Part shown: one piece after another, positions 1 to 10,068 of the stretch
Numbering within the stretch: position 1 is the stretch's first letter
Layout: every line of letters begins with the position of its first letter
NCBI RefSeq assembly: GCF_015354735.1
Contig: NZ_JACEFJ010000019.1
Span: 17,093 to 81,092 of the forward strand
Reading direction: 5' to 3'
Length of the DNA stretch: 64,000 nucleotides
Source of the DNA: Pararhodonellum marinum
GTDB lineage: Bacteria > Bacteroidota > Bacteroidia > Cytophagales > Cyclobacteriaceae
Program-made: the position numbers and the translations under genes
Notes under the pieces: model-generated
The model's input: the letters and a program-made list of their open reading frames with translations, nothing else
What the model was told of the DNA's origin: nothing
Database searches by the model: none

Positions 1-305
1 ATCTGGCGCATATGATCATGGAGGAAAGGGCGGTGTTGGATTTGATTTGGACGCACTTCTCAGACCAGGAACTGATGGACCTGCATCATCGGATTTTGGC
101 TTCTTTTTCACCGGAAAAAATCCTCAGATGGTTCAGGTATATCGTCCCCGCTCTTAATCCTTCGGAGCGGTTCATGGTACTGTCTGGCTTGAGGGATAAG
201 GCACCAAAACCATTTTTTGATGCCCTGATTGAAGTCATCAAACCTGAACTGGATGAGGCTGTTTTTTCTGAACTGTTGCATCAATTGACAGGAGTGGAAG
301 CCTAA
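1..305 (+). CDS. Hypothetical protein, C-terminal fragment (gene starts upstream of window)
   Basis: Frame is open from the window edge into ORF 12..305 and the stop is at 303-305. No recognisable motif. Confidence 0.35.
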   Translation, partial: LAHMIMEERAVLDLIWTHFSDQELMDLHHRILASFSPEKILRWFRYIVPALNPSERFMVLSGLRDKAPKPFFDALIEVIKPELDEAVFSELLHQLTGVEA

Positions 306-471
306 TAAATTTACTTTAAATCCTCTTTGGATATTAGATAAGCGCATTGGGTTGACCAATTTTGTTTCAAAATTTAAATTTTAAAGCATTATTAATCAAT
401 AAAATAATATACCTAAAATAAAGTAAAACTTCAATAATCAAGTTAAAAACCATTTTAATAAAACCACATAT

Positions 472-2526
472 ATGAAAACTATTCAAAAATTGCTTTTGGC
501 GAGCCTTTGGGTGATTTTGTTCGCCGCATGTGACACAGATGATACATTGCCTACGCTTACCAATAAATTACAAGCCAACGCCGGAACTGACAGAGAGGTG
601 CCTTTGGGTATCGCTGTCGAACTCAACGGAACTGCTTCCAAAGATGGGAACAACAAGCCCTTTTCGTATGAGTGGAGCTTCAAATCCAAGCCTGAAAACA
701 GCACTGCCATCCTGGAAGGTGCGAGCCATGAGAAATCGACTTTTACCCCAGATCAGCTAGGTGATTATACCATTGAACTGAAAATCGCCAATGAGACAGG
801 AGAAAGCAAAGCCTCGGTCAAAATAACCGCGGTCAACAGCAATGCTGGGGTCACCATAATCTTGGACCAAGACATCACACAGGATCGCATTCTTTTTGAT
901 ATCCATGATGATCCTACAGTACCTGACTACATTGTTTCGGTCAATCTCGCAGTGAAAGCAAAGCTGACCGTTCAACCCGGAGTGGTGATTGCATTTGAAG
1001 AAAAGAAAGGGATGTTGGTGCAGCAGGGTGGCATACTGATAGCCAAAGGAGAAATGGATAAGAAAATCCAATTTATTGGAAAAGCTGCTGCCAAAGGATA
1101 TTGGGCGGGGATTGTTATCCAAACCAATTCGCCTTTCAATGAATTTCAGCATGTAGAAATCAAGGATGCGGGAAGTCAGGCAGTTTATCCACTTTTGCAA
1201 GCCACTGCTTTGGGATTGGCCGGCAATTCCTATTTGAGGATCGCCCAATCCACCATTCTTCAGTCTTTGGGACATGGGTTTTGGGTCAGCCCCACCGCTT
1301 CAATGGATTTTAGCCAAAATGCATTCAGACAAAATGATGGGGTCAACATGGTATTGCCTGTGAATGAGGTCCATAAGCTGGATGCTGAGACGGTATGGGA
1401 AGCCCATTCCCAGGATGCAAACTATGTTGAAGTCACTGGTCCTGAACTCATAATTCAAGGAAATATCACCTGGCCTAAACTTAGCAATCAGACACGTTAC
1501 AGGATCAGTGAAAACCTGGTCATCAAATCCAACCTAACACTGGAAATGGGTGCTAAAATAGGGGTGGCGCCTGATAGATTTATCAGAGTCCTTGGTTCCC
1601 TTCATGCCAAAGGCAGTCAATTGGACCAAATCAGCATGGAGGTATGGCCTGCAGGAAATCACAAATGGGGTGGATTGGTTTTTCACTCCGCAAGTGATCT
1701 CAACCGCTTGGAGTGGGTAGAAATCCGTCATGCAGGTAACAACCAAAAAGGCTATGGCATGGACCAAAGTGCCGCAATAGGTGTGGATGGAGCTCAAGGA
1801 GGAAAGCTAAACTTGGTGAATACAAAGATCCTAGGAAGCAACGCTTATGGGCTATATGTAGAACAGGGAGCAGTATTGGGTGATTTTGAGAAATTATCAG
1901 TGGAAGCCATTAAGGGTAAAGTTATGGCCTTACCGGCTGCAATGGTTTACAGGGTGAAAGACCTGATCCAAGTAGCTGTCCAAAATCAGAATCCTGCTGT
2001 GGAAGTTGTGGGATTTTCTCTCAATGAGACAGAAGAGGCAGTTTGGGGGCCATTACCAGGTGGCATGACCTATTACCTTCCCAATCAACTTGATGTAACT
2101 TCTGGATTGAAATTACTGCCCGGAGTAAAACTTGAATTTAACCAACACGCCATGTTGGCAATCCTTCATGACGGCTACCTGATAGCCAAAGGAACAAGCC
2201 AAAAGAATATCGAATTCAAAGGAAGTGTGGATCAAAAGGGCTATTGGAGAGGCATAATTTTTAGATCCAACAGCAACCATAATGTCATGGAGCATACCTT
2301 GGTTTCTGGAGCTGGAGGTCTTGAGCTGCCTTGGACAGGTGGAAGAAAAGCAAGTATCGGTGTATTTCCCGGAGGCACTGGTCTACAGCTCAAGAACAGC
2401 AAAATCCTAAAAAGCGGCGGATGGGGCATTTTGGTTGATACGAGTTTTGGAGCCATCATCAATCCGGATGTAGAAAGTAGCAATCAGTTTGAGGACGTGA
2501 GCAGTGGCAACATTATTCGCTTGTAA
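472..2526 (+). CDS. Secreted lipoprotein with PKD/Ig-like domain and parallel beta-helix repeats (adhesin/polysaccharide-binding-like)
   Basis: Lipoprotein signal MKTIQKLLLASLWVILFAAC. An NGTASKDGNNKPFSYEWSF segment looks PKD-like. There are repeated G-rich beta-helix-like segments (ILIAKGEMDKKIQFIGK ... YLIAKGTSQKNIEFKGS). A strong terminator follows. Confidence 0.55.
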   Translation: MKTIQKLLLASLWVILFAACDTDDTLPTLTNKLQANAGTDREVPLGIAVELNGTASKDGNNKPFSYEWSFKSKPENSTAILEGASHEKSTFTPDQLGDYTIELKIANETGESKASVKITAVNSNAGVTIILDQDITQDRILFDIHDDPTVPDYIVSVNLAVKAKLTVQPGVVIAFEEKKGMLVQQGGILIAKGEMDKKIQFIGKAAAKGYWAGIVIQTNSPFNEFQHVEIKDAGSQAVYPLLQATALGLAGNSYLRIAQSTILQSLGHGFWVSPTASMDFSQNAFRQNDGVNMVLPVNEVHKLDAETVWEAHSQDANYVEVTGPELIIQGNITWPKLSNQTRYRISENLVIKSNLTLEMGAKIGVAPDRFIRVLGSLHAKGSQLDQISMEVWPAGNHKWGGLVFHSASDLNRLEWVEIRHAGNNQKGYGMDQSAAIGVDGAQGGKLNLVNTKILGSNAYGLYVEQGAVLGDFEKLSVEAIKGKVMALPAAMVYRVKDLIQVAVQNQNPAVEVVGFSLNETEEAVWGPLPGGMTYYLPNQLDVTSGLKLLPGVKLEFNQHAMLAILHDGYLIAKGTSQKNIEFKGSVDQKGYWRGIIFRSNSNHNVMEHTLVSGAGGLELPWTGGRKASIGVFPGGTGLQLKNSKILKSGGWGILVDTSFGAIINPDVESSNQFEDVSSGNIIRL

Positions 2527-2546
2527 TTGAATATCTCAATCCTTTT

Positions 2547-2582
2547 AAAACAAGTCTTTCGATTAAGAAAGACTTGTTTTTT
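2547..2582 (+). terminator. Rho-independent terminator after the lipoprotein gene
   Basis: Perfect hairpin AAAACAAGTCTTTC-gattaa-GAAAGACTTGTTTT followed by TT, 20 nt after the stop. Confidence 0.7.
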
Positions 2583-2791
2583 CATCTCAGATTTTCCTGA
2601 AGTAATCACTTTGAGTCAGGGATTGATGAATAGTAAGGAAACCATTCATTGACATTGGGTAAGGAATGAAAGGAAGTTTGTTTTTCTAAAAATTTGATGG
2701 TGAAATCCCATGTTTATGTGGTCTGACCTTTTCAGATCAATGCAACCTAGTGTGTGGAAATCCAATCATTATATAACCAATCAATAAGAAA

Positions 2792-3532
2792 ATGACAGTA
2801 ACCACCATTAAAATTGAGCAGATAATCAATCATACAAGAATAATCTTATTCCCTTCTTTGCTCCGGAAAAAGGATAAGGTTTATTTAATAGACTGTGGGT
2901 ATGAGGAAACTTTCGGAAATTTGGTAGGCGAGTTGTCAAAAATAGGCATTCAGGTAAATCAAATCCACGGAATCATCATTTCCCATGATGATATCGATCA
3001 TTTAGGGGCACTCAAAAAGTTTAAAGAGCAAAATGAATCCATAGAAATTTATTGTGGATCATTTGAAAAGGATTCCGTAAGCGGAAAAATTAAATCTGAG
3101 AGATTGGTTCAGGCGGAAAGCTCTTTGGGTGATCTCACAGGTGATTACAGGAATTGGGCACTCGGTTTTATTCATGCCTTGACCAAGATAAAAAGGCTTG
3201 AGGTGGATAAAACTTTTCATGATGGGGAAATTTTTGAAGATGAAATTCAGATTCTCCATACGCCGGGACATACCAAAGGGCATATTTCACTTTTCATTCC
3301 AAATCAAAGAATCCTCATCGCCAATGATGCCTTGGTGGCAGAAAATGGTTCTTTCGAAATCGCTAATCCCACTTTCACATTAGACCTTAAAAATGCGATT
3401 AAATCGGTAGAAAAAATTAAAGCACTCAAGCCCCAAAAGGTAATTTGCTATCATGGGGGAATTGTAGAAGAGGATGTGGAAGCAAAATTGGAAGATCTGA
3501 TTTGTAGATACAAGCCTATTTTAGACCATTGA
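2792..3532 (+). CDS. MBL-fold metallo-hydrolase
   Basis: HxHxDH-type motif IISHDDIDHLGAL. A downstream His in HTPGHTKGH and the D/H pattern are typical of the metallo-beta-lactamase fold. Confidence 0.75.
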   Translation: MTVTTIKIEQIINHTRIILFPSLLRKKDKVYLIDCGYEETFGNLVGELSKIGIQVNQIHGIIISHDDIDHLGALKKFKEQNESIEIYCGSFEKDSVSGKIKSERLVQAESSLGDLTGDYRNWALGFIHALTKIKRLEVDKTFHDGEIFEDEIQILHTPGHTKGHISLFIPNQRILIANDALVAENGSFEIANPTFTLDLKNAIKSVEKIKALKPQKVICYHGGIVEEDVEAKLEDLICRYKPILDH

Positions 3533-3570
3533 TATCCAATGGAATTGACCAATCTAAAACAGAATATGAA

Positions 3571-4098
3571 ATGAGAAAAGTTATTTTATACATAGCAAGT
3601 AGTTTGGACGGTTACATTGCCAAACCAGGAGACGATCTTTCTTTCTTGAATAGCGTGGCAATAGAAGGAGAGGACTATGGTTACAAGGAATTCACAGACA
3701 CCGTTGATACAGTAATCATGGGAAGAAGAACCTATGAATGGGTGATGAAACAGGTTCCTGAGTTTCCGCATCAGGACAAGCAAACGTATATCATCACCAG
3801 GGAACTGAGAGAGAGAAACGGAAATGTGCATTTTTATTCTGATGAATTGGTGTCTTTAGTGGAAAGACTTAAAAAGCAAGAGGGCATGAATATTTTTGTA
3901 GATGGAGGTGCTCAAGTAGTCAGAATGATGATGGAAAGAAAATTGTTGGACGAAATCATCTTGTCCATCATCCCTGTCACACTGGGGGATGGGATCCGAT
4001 TGTTTTCTCCTGGCATCCCTGAACAGGCGCTTGCGTTACAATCTGTGAAATCTTTTGAATCCGGTTTGGTCCAACTTCATTACCAGATTAGAAAGTAA
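3571..4098 (+). CDS. Dihydrofolate reductase family protein (RibD C-terminal domain)
   Basis: MRKVILYIASSLDGYIAKPGDDLSFL ... DTVIMGRRTYEW ... NIFVDGGAQVV is the RibD_C/DHFR-like signature. The ORF track starts at a TTG (3529); I prefer the ATG at 3571. Confidence 0.7.
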   Translation: MRKVILYIASSLDGYIAKPGDDLSFLNSVAIEGEDYGYKEFTDTVDTVIMGRRTYEWVMKQVPEFPHQDKQTYIITRELRERNGNVHFYSDELVSLVERLKKQEGMNIFVDGGAQVVRMMMERKLLDEIILSIIPVTLGDGIRLFSPGIPEQALALQSVKSFESGLVQLHYQIRK

Positions 4099-4181
4099 AA
4101 AAAATTAGTATGATAAACAACTGAAAATAAATTAAATAGATAAAGTATATTAGAAATTTATTTAATAACCTAAAGTAGATC

Positions 4182-5750
4182 ATGAAAAAATATTTCCTTT
4201 TATTGTCATCAATCCTTGCACTCAACAGCCTCCCGTTTAGCGCTCCTGTCTTCTCCCAAAAAGCACCTTGTACTTGTCCGGATGAATTCGAATTTCTGAA
4301 AAGCTACATAGAAAAGAATCATGCTGCATTTGGAGACAATGTCAATATCTCCAATCAGAAGGAATATGATGAATTTGTTGAATCAGTATCTAAGGAGATC
4401 CAAGGTGATCCTGTGGAAGACCACTGCATTATTTATCTAAAAAAATACCTCGCTTATTTCAAAGACAACCATACACAGATCCACGATATGGGCTATCAAG
4501 TCGATGAAAACAATGAAGAAGCATTGAAGCAATTTTTTGCCTCTACCAGGTTTCAACATAGAGAACGAATTGAACTTGACCTACCTGCCATTGAGGCCTA
4601 TTTAAATTCAGAAAATGCAGCACCCATGGAAGGGATCTATGAAACACAGGATGGAACCTATACGGTGGCTGTGCTTAAGGATCAGAATGATTTCCGTGAT
4701 TTTTATGGAATTATACTGGATTCAAAAACCAAGATATGGGAACCCGGTCAAGTCAAATTTGAACTGAAAGCATTGGGAGAAAACCGATTTCAAGGGTATT
4801 TCTACTATAAATTTTACGGTCTAAATGATGAGGAAGTGAGATTCGATGGAAATCAATTGGGTACTTGGATAAAAAAGGAGGCGATAATTGAAGAGCATCC
4901 ACCTTTTGATTCAGAATTTAGTCAGGAGCAAAAGCTTTTTGAATTTAAACTGTTATATGATGATCTAGGCTACCTGTCAATAAAAACCTTTGAAGGATAT
5001 TTCAAAAGCCAATTGGATTCCCTTTTTCTGGCTCACGAGCAGGAACTGGGCAGCGTTTCCAAATTGATCATTGATGTAAGAGGTAATGGAGGTGGGAGTG
5101 ACGCTTTATTGGCTCCATTTATCCCCATGTTTTATACAGATACATTAAGAACTGAACTCCCTCAGTTGTACGCCACCAAGGATAATCTAAAAACCTATGC
5201 CGAATTCTTTGAGCAAATAAAATCAGATTCTGCCAGGTACGGTAAAGCCACGATTGACCATTTAAGGAAGCTGATCAAAAAAATGGAAGCTGGTGAAGAA
5301 GGGGAGTATGTCAATATGTTTGATTCCATAGAAGAACTTGGAGAAACCATGGAAACTGATTTCGGATCCCAACAATTTGTTTTGACCAATTCTATGAGTG
5401 AAGATAATCGATACCGGCTTACATATTACAACCAAGAAAAACCACTTCCCCTCAATCCGGAGAAAATCGTGCTTCTGATGGATAGAGGCTGTGCAAGTAC
5501 CTGTGAAAACTTGATTCTACTTGCCAATCAAAGCAAGAAAGTCATTACCTATGGAGAGAATTCGGGTGGATACAAAGGCTATGGGAATGTTTTTCCGATT
5601 ATGACTCCTATGGGTTATCAATTGAGCATGAGTACTACAAGATACGAAAAAGAAAGTCAATACGAATTTGTGGGAATACCTCCCATGGTTAGTGCCGAAG
5701 CAAATGAGGAATGGATAGCAAGAGCTATCGAGCTTTTGGAATCCAAATGA
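4182..5750 (+). CDS. S41 family peptidase (tail-specific protease-like), secreted
   Basis: Signal peptide. LIIDVRGNGGGSD is the S41 nucleophile-region motif, and the downstream DRGCASTCENLIL also fits. Confidence 0.7.
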   Translation: MKKYFLLLSSILALNSLPFSAPVFSQKAPCTCPDEFEFLKSYIEKNHAAFGDNVNISNQKEYDEFVESVSKEIQGDPVEDHCIIYLKKYLAYFKDNHTQIHDMGYQVDENNEEALKQFFASTRFQHRERIELDLPAIEAYLNSENAAPMEGIYETQDGTYTVAVLKDQNDFRDFYGIILDSKTKIWEPGQVKFELKALGENRFQGYFYYKFYGLNDEEVRFDGNQLGTWIKKEAIIEEHPPFDSEFSQEQKLFEFKLLYDDLGYLSIKTFEGYFKSQLDSLFLAHEQELGSVSKLIIDVRGNGGGSDALLAPFIPMFYTDTLRTELPQLYATKDNLKTYAEFFEQIKSDSARYGKATIDHLRKLIKKMEAGEEGEYVNMFDSIEELGETMETDFGSQQFVLTNSMSEDNRYRLTYYNQEKPLPLNPEKIVLLMDRGCASTCENLILLANQSKKVITYGENSGGYKGYGNVFPIMTPMGYQLSMSTTRYEKESQYEFVGIPPMVSAEANEEWIARAIELLESK

Positions 5751-5918
5751 TTTATATTGTGATCCAAAAAATATTCTGATTCCATGGGGTGTTACTGGCA
5801 ATAGTATGGATTCTATCTTAACGTGATATTGATATTAGGATATTGCTATTAAAATACCAAACGTTTCCGAGTTTGAACACCTTCGGTTAAAGATTACGGA
5901 AAATCAATAATACTTTTA

Positions 5919-5955
5919 GACCTGCCAGGTTTTCAAAACCTGGTAGGTCTTTATA
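5919..5955. terminator. Stem-loop between convergent genes (candidate bidirectional terminator)
   Basis: GACCTGCCAGGTT-ttcaa-AACCTGGTAGGTC, a 13-bp stem with one G-U pair, followed by a T-rich tract on the + strand. Confidence 0.5.
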
Positions 5956-5991
5956 CATTTGACCCTGAAATAAGTTCGAGATAATCATAGG

Positions 5992-6573
5992 TTACTTTTC
6001 TAAAGCATGATGATTCTGGTATGCTTTCACTTGTTTCTTGGCTTGGATAAGGTGTCTCTCGTTGTGTACCAAAAGAAACTCAATGGTATCACAGGGTCTA
6101 AGCCTCAGCAAATGGGAAATGGAACTGCCTATCCTACCACGGTTTAGATTACTAAATCTAGCCCGAGATAGCATCACCAATATTTCCTCCAGGTATTGGA
6201 TAAAATCAGCCACGATTTTATGGGGATTGTTTGTTATGGCATTGGGATAATGCTTTTTCATCGCTTTGAATTTTTTCCCGTTTTCAACAGGCTTCATCAT
6301 AGTGATGAAATAAGTCCCTAGCCAACTTAACTTAATTGGGGTTGAATCTTTAGTTTGTCTTTGGGTTGCCAGAACCTTTTTGACCCTGGGTAAATAAAAG
6401 GCTGCATAGCTGTTGAGATGGTCAATGCAGGCTGCAGCGGACCAAGCTTCAGCAACGGAAAACAACAAGGCTTCCTCCGGGAGGTTTTGGAAAATTTTGG
6501 TGGAAGCTGCTATCTGTTCTTCCACCATTTTTTCCATTTTTTCTATCCAGGTTTCTTTATTCTGCAATTTCAT
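5992..6573 (-). CDS. DinB/DinB_2 superfamily protein (metal-dependent hydrolase-like four-helix bundle)
   Basis: The size and the H-containing helices (IDHLNSYAAFYLPRV ... LLVHNERHLIQ) suggest a DinB-family fold. The start may be an internal Met because the 5' end overlaps the upstream gene by 17 nt. Confidence 0.5.
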   Translation of the reverse strand: MKLQNKETWIEKMEKMVEEQIAASTKIFQNLPEEALLFSVAEAWSAAACIDHLNSYAAFYLPRVKKVLATQRQTKDSTPIKLSWLGTYFITMMKPVENGKKFKAMKKHYPNAITNNPHKIVADFIQYLEEILVMLSRARFSNLNRGRIGSSISHLLRLRPCDTIEFLLVHNERHLIQAKKQVKAYQNHHALEK

Positions 6574-6991
6574 AATTCAACTCTTGTTTTTTAGAAGCGA
6601 TCTGATGTGCCGATATCAGTCCCAGAGCAATGACAAACAACATGGTTTCAATCTTAAGCCATTGGTTTCCAAATTCCCCAAGTTCACCTTCCATGAGGAT
6701 CGTCATGACTCTTGAAAATGCATAAAAACCCCAAAGAATAGCCAAAAATCCCAGTCCTTGGATTGGGTTTTTGATCATGAGGTAGATCAGAGAAAAAAAC
6801 AAGGTCAGACCTACTCCTCCATATACCCCCCTTATGGAGCTGAAGGCATCTGTGTTTGAAAGCTTTACCTGAACCAAGTCCATGATGGATTGGGGAGATG
6901 CAAAAGCCATAAGGCTTACTGAAAGCAAGGCCAATCCAGAGCACAATATGAATAATCTGGAAAGAAGTGTTAAAATTTTAATCGTTTTCAT
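6557..6991 (-). CDS. Small integral membrane protein (DUF4345-like)
   Basis: Four predicted TM helices; no catalytic motif. Confidence 0.45.
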   Translation of the reverse strand: MKTIKILTLLSRLFILCSGLALLSVSLMAFASPQSIMDLVQVKLSNTDAFSSIRGVYGGVGLTLFFSLIYLMIKNPIQGLGFLAILWGFYAFSRVMTILMEGELGEFGNQWLKIETMLFVIALGLISAHQIASKKQELNYEIAE

Positions 6992-7094
6992 CCTTCAATG
7001 TTGTTTTGTTTGTTACCCAAAATTGGACATTTTCTAAAGGATTATTTTTGGTATTTACCAAGATTTTGGACTCTCAAACTCAAAGGCTGTCTCA

Positions 7095-7667
7095 TCAGAT
7101 TCTAACCTTATTGATCAATTTACTAAAGTTGCTGGCATCAATGCCTATGTAATTGGCCAGGTATTTATGCGGGATCATTTGAAGGATATGTGGGCTTCTT
7201 TGTAGGAGTTTCCGGAATTTTTCTTCTGAACTGTAGGTCTGTAATTCCACCTGTCTTTCCAAAACCCCAGCTAAAGCACCGGTGATGCCCAGCCTTACAA
7301 ACTTTGAAATACCTGCATGTTTTTGGGAAAGTCTTTCTAGATCATCGTAATGGACCCTTAAAAATTTTGAAGGCGTTAAGGCCTTATAAGCATATTTTGA
7401 AGGAGTTCTTAAGATGAAAGAATCCAGTAGTCCCCCAAATGAATGGGGGTAGGTAAAGACCAAAGTGGCCTCCCTTTGCTGGTTTTCATAAAAAATCCTT
7501 TGAAGCCCTTCTGTGATAAAGTAAAGGTTGTCTTCTATTTTGCCAACAGGGGACAGACATTCCTTCCTTTTGCAGGAGAACGGCTTCCATATCTGATGAA
7601 AATCTTCCCATTCCTCATCGTTCAAAGTTGATATGTTGTTGGTGATTACTTTTAAGATTTCTTTCAT
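7095..7667 (-). CDS. Crp/Fnr family transcriptional regulator
   Basis: cNMP-binding-like beta-roll region, plus a C-terminal HTH (YLANYIGIDASNFSKLINKVR). Confidence 0.75.
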   Translation of the reverse strand: MKEILKVITNNISTLNDEEWEDFHQIWKPFSCKRKECLSPVGKIEDNLYFITEGLQRIFYENQQREATLVFTYPHSFGGLLDSFILRTPSKYAYKALTPSKFLRVHYDDLERLSQKHAGISKFVRLGITGALAGVLERQVELQTYSSEEKFRKLLQRSPHILQMIPHKYLANYIGIDASNFSKLINKVRI

Positions 7668-7852
7668 GGTTTAGCGTGTACTTTTGTCTCCTTTTATAGA
7701 GATTGTAAAACAATGCCATTGGTTGTCTTGAGCAATTTATTTAGCAGCTATATTAGTGGCGTTTTTTAATACTTGCACTTTTTTATAGAAAAGTCAATCA
7801 GGAAGCAACTGTTTAACGCTAAAATGCATCTTCTTTTTTAAAACTCAAAAGT

Positions 7853-8563
7853 ATGAGAGCTGATACCTTTAACCACAATGGCATGAGAAAAATCAATGTA
7901 CTGTTTCTGGTGTTTCTTATCCTCCTCTTGATATCCAAAGTCTATGGTCATTGGATGGAGGATGGAGTGAGGTTTATCAGGGTAATTGGCTGGTTTGATT
8001 TTTTATGGCTGGGACTTGGGTGGCTTTTTGCCCATCTTCAGGCAAAAGCCGGATTGCCTGAAATATTGGGAACTGTAAAGCAATGGAAAAAATGGATGCT
8101 TCCTTTTACCATTGGGGTAGCTTTCGCCATCCTGGACGTTTGGGTTATTGAAGGGATGTTAAGAAATGAAGCCCACACGACACTTCCTCCATATACTCAG
8201 CCTTTTCCTTATTCGATTTTACTATATTTCGCAGGAGGGCTTCATATGGAGATTGTCTATAAACTAATCCCATTGACAGCCTTTCTTTTAATCATTGAAA
8301 GGTTTGTCCATTCAGGGGTAAAAAAATACCTGATTTTTCTTATTGTTTTCCTTCTTTCCATTTGGGAACCTTTGGAGCAAATGCCTTTAGAACCTAAGAT
8401 GTTCATTGCATATAGTTTGCTTTCAGGTTTTGCGTTCAATTTTATCCAACTATACTTTTTTAGAAAATGGGGATGGATATATTCCCTAATCTGCAGATTG
8501 GGACTGTATTTGGTTTGGCACGTTCTCCTTGGTGTATGGATTGAATTTTTCCAGTTAACTTAA
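7853..8563 (+). CDS. Hypothetical polytopic membrane protein
   Basis: Six or more hydrophobic helices. The likely start is at 7883 (MRKINVLFL). Confidence 0.4.
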   Translation: MRADTFNHNGMRKINVLFLVFLILLLISKVYGHWMEDGVRFIRVIGWFDFLWLGLGWLFAHLQAKAGLPEILGTVKQWKKWMLPFTIGVAFAILDVWVIEGMLRNEAHTTLPPYTQPFPYSILLYFAGGLHMEIVYKLIPLTAFLLIIERFVHSGVKKYLIFLIVFLLSIWEPLEQMPLEPKMFIAYSLLSGFAFNFIQLYFFRKWGWIYSLICRLGLYLVWHVLLGVWIEFFQLT

Positions 8564-8618
8564 GAATTCATAGGTCTTGGGGAACAGAGCATGGTATCAA
8601 GGACCTTATGCCTTCCCA

Positions 8619-9338
8619 TCATTCTTCCCAAAAATGTTCCATTTCTCCTTGTCCACAGTTTTCAGAATAGTAATAAATATGTTTACCAAAATCTTTGAAT
8701 TTGGGTTTTCTGATAGCTAGAAGACTCGGACATTCCCCAAACAATCGTTTAAAGCTTTTTGAATAGCTTCCTTTCTTGACCTTAAAAGTGGGTGAACCTT
8801 CCTTTGAAACCAAATATGCCCTTTGCATTTCTCCTGTCAGGGTGATAGTGCCTTTTGTTAAAGCAGTTGATTTTCTTGCATTTACGGCATGATATACCTG
8901 AATTTTATCATCAAAACGGGGATTTAGGAGTTGCAGGAGCAATTCTTTACCACCTTTTAATTGCGCATTTCTGAAAACAACATAATCATTGTCTTTTATC
9001 GCACTTCTGTCTGTTTTTACCATGGCTTTGATGGAAGCTGAACTTTCATTGAAATATTGAGCTTTGACCAAATCATTGGAATATATCCCAAATTCAAATA
9101 TTTCACTGGCCTTCAACTCATGTTTTAAGCCGGTATCATCTCGAAGCACCCATTTGTTGATTCCACGGCCGCTGCTGGTATTTAGAATTTTGCCATCAAT
9201 TTTATCGCCATTTTTGAGTTGAATGTATGCTTTCTGAGAGAGTGGCATTTCTTCCAAAGGAGGCAACAAGGCTTGAGCTATTCCTTGAATAGGGCCATAA
9301 AGCCCAAGTGCTATAAGGAGCAACATTATTTTTTTCAT
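8619..9338 (-). CDS. Hypothetical secreted protein
   Basis: N-terminal signal peptide MKKIMLLLIALGLYGPIQGIAQA. Confidence 0.45.
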   Translation of the reverse strand: MKKIMLLLIALGLYGPIQGIAQALLPPLEEMPLSQKAYIQLKNGDKIDGKILNTSSGRGINKWVLRDDTGLKHELKASEIFEFGIYSNDLVKAQYFNESSASIKAMVKTDRSAIKDNDYVVFRNAQLKGGKELLLQLLNPRFDDKIQVYHAVNARKSTALTKGTITLTGEMQRAYLVSKEGSPTFKVKKGSYSKSFKRLFGECPSLLAIRKPKFKDFGKHIYYYSENCGQGEMEHFWEE

Positions 9339-9524
9339 GGTTCCTTTTTAGGCTAATGATGGCTTTGGCTAGTGATAGGTTGCATGTTTGGTTTGGTTGC
9401 CAATAGGAATCACATGTTTATGTGGTTTTTTTGGTGGGATGCAACTTTTCTTCAAAATCCACCATCATTGGGTTGTTAAATAAAAACAATCAATAATAAC
9501 TAATGAATTAAACCAACTCAAATT

Positions 9525-10067
9525 ATGTACACCGTCAAAAATTCAGTTTTAAACCTTATGATGGGTTTGGCATTTCTCTCAATGGTTTTAGGAGGATGCA
9601 ACAATGATGATAGCCTTCCAATAGTTAATCCGATTATCGGAGAATGGGTGGCTGCCGAAGGGCAGTTTACGACCATCACCGTGAATGGTGAAGAAAAAAC
9701 AATCGTGGAATTCGGTATGGAGGTTTTAAAATCCAATGAAACCGAGGCAGAACTCGCTGGAAAGGAATACCTTCAATTCAACTTTTTGGGTCCGATCGAT
9801 ATGGAGGAGCCTAAATTATTGTTTACCCCTTCGGATAAGCTGATAGCTAATCTGTCAGGTGAGCAGATAGAAGGTACATGGGAATTGAAAAACAATAAAA
9901 CCATCCTGAATCTTGAGGCTCCTGATCTTTATGCCAATGGTTATTCTTTTAATGTTAAGAAGTTGACCGCCAATGAACTGGAATTGGATTGGGAATGGGA
10001 AATGAGCTTAGTGGGTGAAGATCCGGAAGTATTTGAGGTAGGTTTGAAAATCAAACTGGTCAAATAA
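9525..10067 (+). CDS. Hypothetical lipoprotein (lipocalin-like size)
   Basis: Lipobox LGGC. It ends 1 nt before the next gene and is probably co-transcribed with it. Confidence 0.45.
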   Translation: MYTVKNSVLNLMMGLAFLSMVLGGCNNDDSLPIVNPIIGEWVAAEGQFTTITVNGEEKTIVEFGMEVLKSNETEAELAGKEYLQFNFLGPIDMEEPKLLFTPSDKLIANLSGEQIEGTWELKNNKTILNLEAPDLYANGYSFNVKKLTANELELDWEWEMSLVGEDPEVFEVGLKIKLVK

Positions 10068-10068
10068 G

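Noticed and set aside
757-1275. 172-aa minus-strand ORF inside the lipoprotein gene, plus similar nested ORFs elsewhere (32007-32441 -, 32571-33101 -, 56379-56918 -, 57177-57650 -, 53084-53392 +)
   Set aside because: They are nested in longer ORFs that carry clear family motifs on the other strand. They have no independent support.
3529-3570. TTG start for the DHFR-family gene overlapping the MBL hydrolase stop
   Set aside because: The downstream ATG at 3571 gives an N-terminus (MRKVILYIASSLDGY) that matches the family's usual start, so the TTG extension is unnecessary.
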